Positions 1 through 13,000 of a DNA stretch of 64,000 nucleotides are shown here, in pieces. Numbering within the stretch: the first letter of the stretch is position 1; each line of letters opens with the position of its first letter. Origin of the DNA: Tubiluchus corallicola (taxonomy: Eukaryota; Animalia; Priapulida); the NCBI GenBank assembly GCA_030141605.1, contig JAQGDQ010000016.1:684282-748281 (forward strand), read 5' to 3'. The notes below the pieces were generated by a model. That model was not told the origin of the DNA, did not search any database, and saw only the letters and a list, made by a program, of their open reading frames with translations. The position numbers and the translations under genes were made by a program.

Positions 1-67
1 CCTATTATTTAAATACCAGAAATCTCATAGCATTATTATAGGTAATAAAATGTAAGCAAGAAAATGT

Positions 68-290
68 GAAAATGCTGAATTTGGTTGACCAGCTCAAGGG
101 ATGAATGATGGACTGCCTTGGTCACCGGGGGTGCGGCGATCTATTGGTCTCAGGCGTCTGCAATGCAAGTATAAGCTCTCCGGATCAAATCCTGGGTGAT
201 TTCCAGCTTTTTCACATTTCCTGTTTTTCAAGTTTGGTATTAAATTTTGTAATTAATTGTGAGTTTAGATCATTATGACCTGCAATTAAT
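68..290 (+). mobile_element. tRNA-related interspersed repeat (SINE-like), copy 1
   Basis: B-box-like GGATCAAATCC at 182-192; body TTCCTG..CAAGTTTGGTATTAAATTT shared with copies at 7.5 kb and 38.2 kb. Confidence 0.6.
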
Positions 291-1108
291 GTGGTTTTCT
301 AATATATCTTATGGCCTGATACCACTAGTTGTGTTAGCCCTTTTTCAGATTTCCTACCTCATGCTGCCACCAACTTCATCACCCCCATGATTTGCCATAC
401 TTCGCCGCTGGAAAATTAAACAATTTATTTTTGCGAGCGAAGTATAGCCTCACTTCGCGAGCTAGCAAGTTTTGCCTTTTAGCGATTTATTTCTGAGCGT
501 TTTATTAGTGCAAAACGCCACGAAATCATGAAAAGTTTGACGATAGGCTAAATGGAAATAACAAAAATATTGAATGGAAATCACACGACAACCAACCTTT
601 CCACTCATGACGCTCTTGGAATGCAGTTTGTGTTGTACTAATTTGGAATTCCTTCTTTAAAAAGGGACTTACGATAACCATGTAAAGTGGCTATTTCTAC
701 TTCCAAAATAATAATTATTGCAAAAATATGTCAACTATTTGCAGCTGAAAGAAAAATATCAATCTTTAATCTCAGTTAACAGACACAAATTTATCAGTTG
801 GAATATTTTTACTGTTTTCCAGAACTCATGAACACGTGCATGTATAGCCTAAACAAAAGACTTACTGAAAATAAAATTAGTTGTTTCGTTGGTACGATAA
901 GACTTACGTTGATTTTGACGCTGTTATATGTATGTTTTCAAAATGTAAAAAAAATACGAAACTGTAGTTAGTAGGTATAATTAAGTCAGTTTTTGTTTTA
1001 TAAAACTTGGGTTGTTTTAAATTTAGTAATACGTCCATGAGCCAAAACACAAAATTTCCTTGTATCGGTATCATTTGTGGGACAAACTGTAGTTGCCATG
1101 TTTTATTT

Positions 1109-1109
<1 letters not shown>

Positions 1110-1141
<32 letters not shown>
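1110..1141. repeat. (TA)n microsatellite
   Basis: Pure TA run. Confidence 0.95.
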
Positions 1142-1143
<2 letters not shown>

Positions 1144-1554
1144 CTAGATTATATTAGATATAATAGACCGTGCTCACTGGTAGCTTATTAGTGGCACTGG
1201 CCTATTTGTGGGTCTATTCTGTCTAGTAAGATGTTATGACCCATTATGAGCCAATTGCATAATAGTAAAGAAAATTTTGAATAGCCCATAATGACTTACT
1301 ACCCTAAAGACTATCCCCATCACAGAACACCCCAGAAACGTATTAAATGAGACCCTGTTTATTTTCCTCGACTACTTTTTCCAATTGTAAGTTTTTATCT
1401 ATACAGAGTACTGCTCTCGACTTCGCTATATAAAATTACATTCACTGTGGGGCAGAAACCCAAAGTTGCTTAAATACATTTATGTTTAAATAAAAGGCCA
1501 TTTAATTCCACTAATTTTTATATTATTAAAATATATTATTATATTAATAAAATG

Positions 1555-1822
1555 ATACGTTGCGTCATTTTGATTGGATAATTATGCCCCATTTGTGACA
1601 ATCTGCATTCACACCCCAATCAAACATCGTTAAAAAGATGTTAACCACCGACATTTAATGTCTTTTTTTTTATTGTACCAGGTTACATCTTTCCTAAACT
1701 GGAAAAATGTAGCCTAGTATCTTGGTTACCATATTGGATGTTAATCATAAGTTCAAATAGGGCAAGAATCTAGTTAAATACGAATGGGCTGTAATTGTAC
1801 CAACCAAAATGATGCAACATAT
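1555..1822. mobile_element. MITE-like element with ~42-bp imperfect inverted repeats
   Basis: ATACGTTGCGTCATTTTGATTGGATAATTATGCCCCATTTGT (1555-1596) pairs with ACGAATGGGCTGTAATTGTACCAACCAAAATGATGCAACATAT (1780-1822). Confidence 0.6.
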
Positions 1823-2738
1823 TATTTTAAGAGTAAATGTGAGTAAATTGCGTAGCGAAATTAAGTAGCGTTTCATTTGAACATCAGTATGTTTAAGCAA
1901 CAGTGGTTTTCCAGGTAGGGCTTCACAAAACGCCCGGCTACAGCCCCACTCTGAATAACTGCTGATAGGGGAATTTTTATAGCAATGTCGAGAGTAGTAT
2001 ACTGTCTAGATAAAAAAATTGTAAAAAAAATTTGCGATATTCACATGACGATATCACTCCTCATTGCCCTAAGCTATGTTAGGGTTACTGTCTATGTCAC
2101 AATAATCGACAAGACTTGATTGTTATTAAAATTTATTTTACAAACCTATTCAAAATTAAAAAACGGAGTATATAAAAGTGTTTGCAGTGTTTTTGAAGCA
2201 CAAACTTAGATTTCCTGTTGTTGGAAATCCACCAAATGTTTTTTGTAAGACATAAGTGTACCATATTTATTTGTTACGAACTCAACGAAAATCATTTTTG
2301 ACCCTTTAAACCCCTTTCTTTCTAAGAGTAATTCGTTTGTGTATTACGAACAAACACTTTAAGTAACATCATCTTAGCCTTAATCAGACAGACTGAAGCA
2401 TGTCCAGTAAGCTTGTCTAAGTTATTCTATAAGAAGACAGGATTACACTTTCCAGTCTAGTTACCAGCGGTCGATAGAAAGCAGCCATGTCTGCACGTTT
2501 GATGAAACTTGCTAAATAACAAAGGACAAAAATTCATTGAAATTGACATGCTAACGTACGGGCGTATGTAGCGAAACTGCTGACTGGTGCAGTCGAAGAC
2601 CAGATTAGAAACAAAGGAAATTAATGCAAACCTCCTAGTCATGTGAGAAGATAGGCCATTTTCATTCTCTTGTTGAAGCTTTGTCAAATGCCGGAATGGC
2701 ATTAGTTTCTTGAACAAAAACGCATAATCAGATTCTTC

Positions 2739-3112
2739 GTGAACAACTCATATAGGTGTACAAAATCCAGGTGAGTTTATGCAAGAGAAGAAAATATAGA
2801 TGAACAAGATGTAGGTGAACCTATACAAGTGAACAAGATGCACGTGAACTCATATAGATGAAGAAAGTACAGGTGAAATCATGCAGGTAAACTCATATGA
2901 GTAAACAAGATGCAAACAAACAAAATGTAAATGAGCTCATAATGGTCAAGAAGATACAGACTAGCTCACACGGGCGAACATGGTGCAGACGAACTCATAA
3001 AGGTGAACTTGATGCAGGTTAACTCATGCAGGTAAACAAAATACATGTTAAGTTCTACATGTGAACAACATACAGGCTATCTCATACAGGTGAATAAGGT
3101 ACAGATGAACTA
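2739..3112. repeat. Degenerate minisatellite, ~29-bp dimer of 15- and 14-bp subunits
   Basis: Consensus GTGAACAAGATGCAG + GTGAACTCATACAG, mostly alternating. Confidence 0.8.
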
Positions 3113-4814
3113 AATCTTTGACATATACAGAAAACTTCTCGGAGGTAATTCCTTAAAGCTAACATCGCTGTAAGTTTCTCTATCGTACGAATTCTGACAA
3201 AACTTGTTTCATGTCTTACCTTTGATACGCTAATAAGCAGTTTGTGCAGTTTGTCAGGTTTAGTGAAAATATGTCTGATCGGCTTTAAGAATATCGCTGT
3301 GAATTAAAGTTAGGTACTAATAAAAAAGTAATGGAACTCAAGCCGAAAAACAAAAAGACAACTTATCTGTGACAAGAATACGTGTCATACAAATCAGAAT
3401 TTACGCAGGCCCGTATAGACATTGGTTTGTGTAACACTAAATTGTTCATTTCACTGTTCACTGCTTTTGACTGCAAAATATACTGCGGCAGAACGTAAAT
3501 TTTGATTTTTACTCGCAGCTTTCCTAGGACGATTTTTGTCTATTTTAAAATATACAAAATCAGTTGTAGAGCTCACTACAACAGGAGTAGCACATCAAAA
3601 GCAAAATGTTGAAGTGTGTAAACAATAACAGTAAAACACTAAGAGTATTGAACCTTACAATTTGGCGTTTTCAAAATTGCTGACTATCCCGTAATTATCG
3701 CCGCATAAGTTGCGTGGCAGAAATTACTAAGTGACCAGAGGAGACCTTTTCGTACTAGTATTGATTTGTGAGATGCTACACTTTTAATGAAACCCCTTCG
3801 TAAAATACACGCGGAGATATATCAAAACAAGTGCGAGAGGATATATTAAAGCAAGTATTTAAATGTAATTTTCAAAGAAATTTTTGCTGTATGCCTAGTA
3901 ATATGTATTCTTTGAACAGTGGAATTTAATTTGCCCATAAGTTCCTGCTTTAATTAATTTATGAAATTCTTAAACATTTTAGAAGCTGATGAAGCTGTAC
4001 ACAGCCATCATGTTCACTGATGCCCTGCTAGAGTATTTTCATAGCATTTAAGGTTGATTACTAGTAAAATTAATTAAATTAAAGTCCTATATAGTGTTGC
4101 TGCCCAGACAATACCTAATATTGGCACCGCCCCACTTTAAGTTTTCGTCCCACCGCTGCTTTATTTACATCATAAAAGAGCAAAGCTCAATAAATCTACA
4201 TGAATAACTTGACTTAGTCTGTGCTTGCTTAAACAGCTTCGCAACAAGATCCACTAGTTTTTCGCCGCATCAGTTTCTGGATTCTAGATACTGGGTACCC
4301 GTTTCTGGGTAGCATTTATAAAAATAAAGATACAAAAGATAAATTCGAGCCCAATTTGAAGTAAATTTTTAAGTTGTTGAGTTTCTAGTGATTTTATTTT
4401 GATGCTCATCATAAATTAACGAAAATTATTATAAACCATACAGATGAACGCAGTGGATCGTGATGCAGTGCTTCGATTACTTTATTCTAATCTCTGCGGA
4501 TGCAGTATTTGATAAATAGACCTTCATTAAACATGCCTAATTGGTGCATCAGTACAAGCTCTCAACGTTTTAATATTTGATAGTGGGAGAAAGTCCAACT
4601 GCTAATAGGGCCTGAGTACATGACAGAACACGTGACATCCATTTATTTATGGTGTACATCATTATTGAACTTATAAAATCGACACTATTGACCCTAAGCA
4701 GCCTAAGTAATGCTAGCAGCTCACGCACGTCAGATTTGTACCAATTATTGTCCTTAGCTCTTTCACAATCACGTACAAATTAAACGCGCACGAAAGCTTG
4801 TAACAATTAAATGG

Positions 4815-5070
4815 TTTTGTTTTGTTTTGCTTTGCTTTACTTTGCTAGCCAAATTCTCTTCCATTCCTTTCCCTTCCCTTCCCTTCCCTTCTCCTCTCTT
4901 CTCTTCTTTTTTCTTCCCTTTGCTTCTCTTCCCTTTGCTTCCCTTCCCTTTCCTTCCCTTCCGTTCTCTTCCCTTCTCTTCTCTTCCCCTTGCTTCTCTT
5001 CCGTCTCTTGTCTTTTCTTCACTTCTCATCTCATCTTATCTAATCTCTTCTCTCCTCTGCTCTTCTCTTT
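4815..5070. repeat. Polypyrimidine pentamer low-complexity tract (TTTTG/TTTGC to TTCCC/TTCTC)
   Basis: Nearly pure C/T tract on the plus strand. Confidence 0.9.
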
Positions 5071-7450
5071 TAAACTAACACTGTAGTTAATTAACACAAA
5101 ATTCGTAGACAGTCTTTAGAATTCACGGATTTCTACCAAACGCCAAACGTCGTTTTATCATTAATTAGTAAGGTTTGACAAATCATAATCAAATTTGAAT
5201 TGAAAAAACTAATAAGCTAATTAATTATTTAACAAGTAAATGACACCACAAAAAATATTATAAACTATGAGTTACAAGCAACCGTTTTGTATAATCATAC
5301 AGACCTTCTATACATCATTACGAATATTAAATGCAAAGATTGGCGCTGTACTGTACATGCCAAAATACACGAATACCAAGTATTTGTTTGACAAATATAA
5401 AAACAATATGAAGTTGGACAACCACATTTTGTGCACTTATAGTACTATAGTATAGTATAGTACGTATAGAGTAGCACACGGGGCTAGTGTTAGCTGCACA
5501 CAGTTAGCAGTACGTTAACTTGAGGTCCAGAGTCTTGCATACTTACGACGCTAAAAAAGCTGATACACGGCAAAAGGAAATTTAGCAGCTTGTTTATTAC
5601 AAAATCTAATGCATGAACTTTTACAGAAATATGAGAACACGAAAAATTACTGTAATTCTCATAATTAAAATGGCGATAGCAATCTCTCGTTACATAATTA
5701 TTCACACCTTGTAGACCGTTTTCTTCTTCCAAAAGTATGCGGAAATTGCCAAACGCCGAACGGGCAGAAAGCGATTTTTCTGGACTGCTTGTGCAGTTTT
5801 CACAAATTTTGAGTATGTGAAGCCGTGGGACTCTAACGAAGTCTACATCCCCATCATACGTAAATGCCAACAGTTACCATCACGATCTACGGCGTATTCC
5901 CGTTCTCTCTCACTAAGGAGTAGAAGTTTTGTTGTGAAAAACGGTGTGGCTGTTTTTGCACCACTTACATTATATGAATGGACGAATATGTGATTACTAC
6001 AGCTACAGCTACAACGCCTTTTGCTATTTTCGATAATTTACACATCAAACTTCTGAAAGTCTTAAATTAATGTCTCCTCATTGATGGTTTATTTTTCGAA
6101 TCTGCCCAGCGGCAGAAAAGAGGTGCAAAAAAGAATAAAAATGTTTTTCGTCGCTCTTTTTTACAAAATTTCTGCTCTTTATTTATAAGAATGCAACAGA
6201 AGAATGTTAGATAATCTAAGCTGATCATCAAACAAGTCTAATTATGTACCATACTAACAGTGAGGTGGTGTACTCACCGATATAAATTAGGCAACTTAGA
6301 CGCTCTGGTCTATTTTTTGTTTTGAAATAACTGGGCTCGCTGCTGAAAATAATTCTCTAAATTAAAAGAACTAAACATCAATACTCAATACATCAATATG
6401 GGACGAGCTGATTTTTCTGTTCTTCCCTTCTATCAAGTATTCATGACAAGAACTTCTTTACTTTCTTTAGTTTTTTTTGTGTAATCACGCGAGTAAGCTC
6501 GCTTTACTTCCAATTAAGCCTAACGAACTGAAAATAAACAGCCGCGAATTGTTAAGTATAATTATTGGCTTGCCTACTTACCGTTAGGAAACAAGGCAGC
6601 GAGCAAGGCAATTAACACGGTAATTTGCGGCAGCTTCCCGCGTGTAATCATTTTGCTAGTAAGTTACAAGTCTTCTTTTTCTTCATCCCGCAGGGATGCT
6701 CAGTAAAAAAACGAGCTCCGAATTTCCTAACTCTTCCGGATGTCATCAAAAGTGCAATTCGCGTAAAATGACAAAAATTTGTCGTCGCACAGCCCTTCCT
6801 GGCGCGCATGCGCACACTTGATGATGTCGTCTGCTTCCATAATTGCGCTATTCAACCGGCCTAAAATATGACTAAGCCACTTAAAGTTATATCGGCGCTG
6901 GCTTCCACTAGCATACAGCTTCATTTAAAGGAGTAAAGGAAATCGTTCGGAAAACACCACTCGAGAGCCTGCTCCATCTAAACTTCTCAAGGTTTTGCAG
7001 AAAAAACTTTCTATTATTTATTTGACTGATTGATTTGTTCGTTGCTTTGGTTTACTTGTTTGTTTGACCTTTCGTTCATTGGTCACAGTACGCACAGTTA
7101 CGATGTAGAAAGAAGAGGTATTGCTCATACAGTAGCCGCAATTTAATCCTGATCGCGGAATACCGATTCATTTGAGTTCTCTTAAGGTCGTTTGTTTCAA
7201 TCTTCTCTCGTTCATTTTTATGTGCATGTTTTAGTTCTTTTGTTTGCTCTTTGATTAAAATTTTGTTAAGTTTGTCCGTGTAAGCTTTTGTCTGCCTAGC
7301 ACAACTTCACGGTTGCGTCTAAATTTGAACGAAACCCAACCGCCTGATGGATTGGGACTAATTCATTTTTTCAGTTCATTTCAAATTAATCAAAATGAAA
7401 AATTAATGTAATTTGTTAGAATCACTCTAGTGTGAGCAAACTATCATCGG

Positions 7451-7636
7451 AAATACTGAATTTCATTGACCAGCTGCCTTGATCACTGGGGAATACTGTG
7501 ACCTAGTAGTCTATGGCGTTTGCTTAACAAGCAGAAGATCCCTGGTTCAAATCCAGGCTGTAGACTAACTTATTCCTGTTAAGTTTGGCATTAAATTTAA
7601 TTAATTGTCGTTTTGCATCATGACATAAAATTACAA
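7451..7636 (+). mobile_element. tRNA-related interspersed repeat (SINE-like), copy 2
   Basis: A-box-like TGACCTAGTAG, anticodon-arm-like TTTGCTTAACAAGCAGA, B box GGTTCAAATCC at 7544-7554, same 3' body. Confidence 0.65.
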
Positions 7637-7809
7637 CCATATGTATTGCTTTAGTTAGGTTGTCAGTTTCTCGTGTTCTGATCTCAAAAACTTTTGATGG
7701 TTAGGTCTTGGTTACCTGGTCATTTGAAAAATGCTGGATATATAATCTATCAGACAGATCGTACACTGCCTGATTCCTGTTTTCTAGAATCTGAACACAG
7801 TGAGAATGT

Positions 7810-8240
7810 CCAAAAGGTTACATTCCTGTTTTGTTAAATACGATTATTTTTGTTTTGTTAACATTTACAGTCAGTTTCCATACTTCACAATAGTTTAATA
7901 ATTTGTTAAGTGCATTCTGTAAAACCGGATTCGGTTTTGGAAAATATAACAATGTCATCGGCAAATAGCAATAGGTAATATGCATTTCATTCTTTATTAA
8001 GATAGGTTCACACGCTGCATCAAAATTTTTTGGCAAATCATTTATGGAGATCGAAAGGGGCCTGGCCCGCATCCTTGCTTTAATCCTATTTTACTTTTAA
8101 AGGAATTTGTTACACCATTGGCCACTTAACAGAGTATGATTATTTATCACATATATTACTGATGATTTTTAAGGTTTTCCCACCAATCCCTATTTTATAT
8201 AGCTTCTCATACAATGCTTTTCATACAGACTAAAAGGCTG
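7810..8240 (-). mobile_element. Decayed non-LTR retrotransposon (LINE) reverse-transcriptase fragment
   Basis: Frameshifted translation KALYEKLYKIGIGGKTLKII...SFKSKIGLKQGCGPGP..INDLP...LQNALNKLLNYCEVWKLTVNVNKTKIIVFNK. Confidence 0.85.
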
Positions 8241-9880
8241 TGAGACATCGTCAAGTGAAAAATGTCAGGTAGCTGTACTGCCATGAACATGCGCAGATAG
8301 CGCTCCGTGCTGTTTGGGTGCGTTCTCCATGCTGTAATGATGCCACGCGAAAGTGTATGATTCCCTGGATTCGATTATCTTCTTCGGAAAGTTCTCTGGA
8401 CACAAGTGACTGCTCTTCCTAATATTCTCTCTACATTTAAATATGGAGACAGCCTTGCATCTTTAATGCGAAGAAAACGAAGCTTATGACTATTCTGTAC
8501 TAGCACAATGCTATGTTGCTCACTACAAATATGTGTATTTATTCTCTTTTTGATTAATCTTATGTCCATTTGCTTGGCTTTTAACCCCTTGCCCTGAGTG
8601 GCCTTTACATTGTTTATGGGATTTATATAAAAAAGTATGCCATTCCTACAACTGCAGCTGCATATCAGTGTTTAAAAAAACAGATAGCAAACAGCCTGTC
8701 TATAGAAAATATTCAATACAGATGCCCCTACTAAGAATTTAGCCCTTTGAGGAAACCAATTTTTTTTTCATTCTACAGCAATATTTATCAGGGTTTTTTA
8801 CATTGCAGTTTCACAATATAACAAAGCCATCCTGTCTAGTTCAATTGTTTTGATGGCCCTGTAACCAATGTTAAAAGAATTCGTTCACTAATCCAGAAAT
8901 TTTATATCTGCCTACTAGAGCCACCTATTGGATGTTTTGGCATTAAATTAGTTGCGTTTGCTTAAATTGTACATTTAGTTACATAAGTACTAACTATACT
9001 ATGTACATGGCTTATGCTGATAGCAAAAAGACAGTGAATGAATAATAAGCCAACAGTTGACTTAATCTACTCAACTCATGTATAAGTATTTCTATAAATA
9101 CATGTAGATTTATTAAACTGCAGTAGTCAAAGAAGTCATACTTGCATAATTAATTAAGCTACTGATATTTGGAAATGCAGTCATTAAATTGTTACAATAT
9201 TTACAGCATAAGTTTTATATTATAGTACACGATTTGTCCACAAAATTTTGACATATGTACATATGAATTAATAAACATTAACAATAAAATGAAATTTTTC
9301 CTAATTTAAATATAGACAGAACCCCTATATAACACCATTAAGCAATGAAGCATTCCTGTCAACTAAGAATAAATTTAAGTAAAGTAAAGTCACTGCTAAT
9401 CACTCATGTAACATTCCAACTAAGTTCCTATTTTATTTTGACTGTTATTTATAAATGATGTTAATACAATATTAGTAACATTGCTCTGTTATGAGGAAGA
9501 CGAAGCTGTTAAACATTGCTGTAGGAAAATTACCATTAATTAAACATTAAACTTCATTAAATTTTGATGTTCAGTAATAAACACTTGGCAAGTTTTAGTA
9601 AATTTTTTTTCTATTTATAGAACTGTTTTATTTTTCAAGCAGTTTTAGAGTTTATCATTCTACATATTAATTACAAAACATAAATTAGCAATTGCAAATG
9701 GTAAGACGACCACAGTTAAACACTGAAAACTACTATACAACTTAGTAGTTATATCACACAATGTATACAAATCTAGTACAAATAAAAACAAACTTTACAC
9801 TTTGGAGAAGGTTACTATTTCCTTTCACCTTATCAAAAAGAAAGCAATATTTTCAAAACTCGGTCCCTAGAACTCATCTG

Positions 9881-10032
9881 CTACATTTTTTCATAGGAAA
9901 CTGTGTGTCCACAGGTTTTGCACGTTTTACTAAATGTGTCCTCATCAGAATTGTAGCTCTCAGCACCGTATTCATGACAGTGTGGACCTGTATCCTTTTT
10001 ATATAGACTGCTTCTAACCTGCATTCTCAATT
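9881..10032 (-). CDS. XPA: XPA coding exon 6
   Basis: [25 protein letters not shown]...[15 protein letters not shown]. Confidence 0.96.
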
Positions 10033-13000
10033 CTAAAACACAGATAACAGTAATTTTGTTATGTTTTTTGTTAAGACTGATAACAACATGCAAAAAATGT
10101 TTGATTCATCAACAGATTTACAGTAAATGCCAAATTGCTACCTTTCATTTTTTTATTGAATTTTTTCTGTTTTGTCATCTGTCGATTTTCCTCTCGTCGT
10201 TCCTTTTCTTCCTCAATTTTCTCCTCATCTCCCCAAATTTGTAATGATCTTTCTTTAACCTTACAAAACCAGAAATTAAAATAATTGAAAATGTAATTTG
10301 AATGTAATGCGCAAACTAAATATTTGGACCATTACTAACTATATCTAATTTAAATTCAGGATTATTATCAACATAAGATACATGTGAATGTAAGCAGACA
10401 TCAGCTACAAGAATGAATAACACACAAAACAATTAATCACAATCATTATTGCAACATTCAATATTAACCAACACCTAGAGTCAGTATAAATCATTATTAA
10501 AAGAATGCAGCTACATATTAAAATCAATGCTAGTGATCATGAACTCGATCTCAGACTCTAGAGCTTCACCTGTTCACCAGTCTGACTTACACTTGGTGAA
10601 TTATTATGATGGTCTATAATCTGTATCACATAGACAAAAATTTCCATAATTATTTAAATAACAAAAAAAGTGGAAAAATCTTCCCTGAGTACTTTCATAT
10701 CATTCCACGCAAATTGGGAAAAAATTTTAATTTCATTTATTTAGCTATGAACTTCATACCGTATATTGTTGACCAGTTTTAAAAATTATTTCATTTGTAT
10801 AATTCACACTACAGTAATACTGCTATAAGAGCTACAATAGCAAAAAAAAATCATTTTATAAATCCCAGTGAATAATTGGTTTCAGCAGCCTGAACAAATA
10901 AATTTAACTGTTACAACATCCATTAAATCTATGGTAACAGATCTATGACATCGCTAATAATTACCAAACTCACTATGTAGGGGAAATAACTGCTTAGCCA
11001 GTAGCTTTAAATTATTATGAGGAGTTAACATCTTTTGCTTAGTTACTATAGCCACCAATGTTGTACACAGTCAGTCCAAACAACAGCTATTCTGATTGAA
11101 CCAAAAACTTCTCAGAATTAATTTAATTACTACTTTTAATGTTGCCGTTTGCACTACTAATATCCTCGTTACCTGCGACCTCAAGTAAAGCTTCATGTCA
11201 CCCCAGCGTTGATTGTGAGGATTCTTTCGAACAATAAATCTTAAAGGTGGTTCCCTGGAGTCGAAATCACAATCCTTCAGTAAAAATTCTTTTTTAGCAT
11301 CTGTCTTTGTAATAAGACTGTACTTCTCATTATTTCTGAAACAATGGAAATTCAGTCATTGGTATTAAACTATATAATCAAATTCAGTAACTGCTTTCAA
11401 TTTCATTTCTCGACTAATAACGAAAATCTTCTTAAGCGTGCTACTACTTGCATGTGTGGCTTTGCTAAGAACTACTTGATACATACAAATAACCATTACT
11501 TACACATTATTCTCATCAATACACGTAATTAAGCAGTTCTAATACTTCTTGATTACAAATCATTTATTTTTAGCATTGAAAATTAATGTTCTGATCCCAA
11601 AACATCTGATTTTACTTGCCCACCATTACCATTTGACATTATAAAAGGGTAGTGTTTTTAGGACTCTCACACATTTTCTTCTGTAAATACAGTTGTAATA
11701 TTGGCTTACTTTAGTATTGTAATTTGTGTCAAGTAAATATATCTTATAAACTGCTTTTATCCTCATCAGGGGAACTGTGCATTGTTTGAGACAAGAGTGT
11801 GTCATAAGATTGACAGGTTGCACAATATAACTCAAACACCCAACGAGCAATGTAACTTTAATTGTTAACTTTGCATAGAAGTTTCTTTAAATTAAAATGA
11901 AACTAATTGAAATTTGATACAAATTTAGCTAAATTTTCCAATTTATATATTTTCGAGCTAAACTTACATTACTAAGAAATATCAGGATAAATGCAACAAA
12001 GCTCTCTGTTTTGCCTTTTATCGGTTAATGTCTTGTACTCAAGAAACTAAGAGTGTCAAAAAGAACTCTTCGACAAGGCTAGTTCGCACTGAAAAGCAGT
12101 TCATATAAGCAAACAGGTGAGCTTATCTGAATAAGCTTCAGGCTAGAAAAGATTTTCAGTGGAAGTGATTGGGTGTTGTAAACTAAGCAGAACCAGCTCA
12201 GCTCACATACTGTGAGTGCATTTTTTAAGATAACTGACCCTGAGCAAAATTCAGTTTCAAGGTATTATAAACACAGTGATAGTGTTTTGCAGTTGACAAA
12301 AATTTGGCCTATGTAATTGTAAGTGATAGAAAAGTTGATAAAAATTTGCCTGCACAGTTCTAAGTGACAGAGAATTTGATAAAAGTTAGCCTATGTAATT
12401 CTGAATTTGCAACAGACCTGCAGTCATTGCAAATCGGTTCTCCATAGTGCTGATATAAGTACGACTCTTGGAATAACTTCTCACAATCTATACAGCTTAG
12501 TGGCTCTTCACTAACAAAAGGATCTAAAAGAAATCAATTACAATCAGCATTTGAAATATCTGGCAAATGATAGTATATTAACCAATTTTGATTTTATTAT
12601 TATTTTACTTTATCACTTCACAATCAGGTAATTATGGTTAATAACTATCTAACTATACTGTGCCAGCTCTAGCTCCTGCTAATTGAAGTTACACATACAT
12701 ATGTACGCAGCCAAAACACCTCTCCTATTTCAAGGTCTTATCTAAGAAACTATCCTTGATAATGAGCTAGGTGAGGGCTCTCCTATAATCATCTATATTT
12801 GGCCCACGCAGTAAATATGAGTTCTCATCTTACAACTAGAGTACCAAACTGTATAAAACGTACATACCAAACTGGCTCATTTTACTAAACTTGGTTGCTT
12901 GATTGTTGCTTTCTGTGGATGGCTCGTCCAACATAAAGCCTGCACCCGTGTCAACTGGCTGTTGCAGCTCTGTTACTTGGCTGAAACATCAGACAAATCT

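Noticed and set aside
2739-3112. CRISPR-like periodicity
   Set aside because: No unique spacers, degenerate units, eukaryotic context and no cas genes.
4769-5086. K/R/G/E-rich and F/P/S-rich ORFs
   Set aside because: Artefact of the polypyrimidine tract.
5698-5800. Minus-strand peptide ending FGRRKRS, like a neuropeptide amidation/cleavage site
   Set aside because: Short frame bounded by stops, with no signal peptide or usable acceptor identified.
7495-7565. Possible tRNA gene
   Set aside because: Acceptor stem does not pair convincingly and the sequence is part of a multi-copy repeat.
9990-9999. Perfect U12-type donor GTATCCTTTT on the plus strand
   Set aside because: It is the antisense of XPA codons for KKDT; no supported plus-strand exon precedes it.
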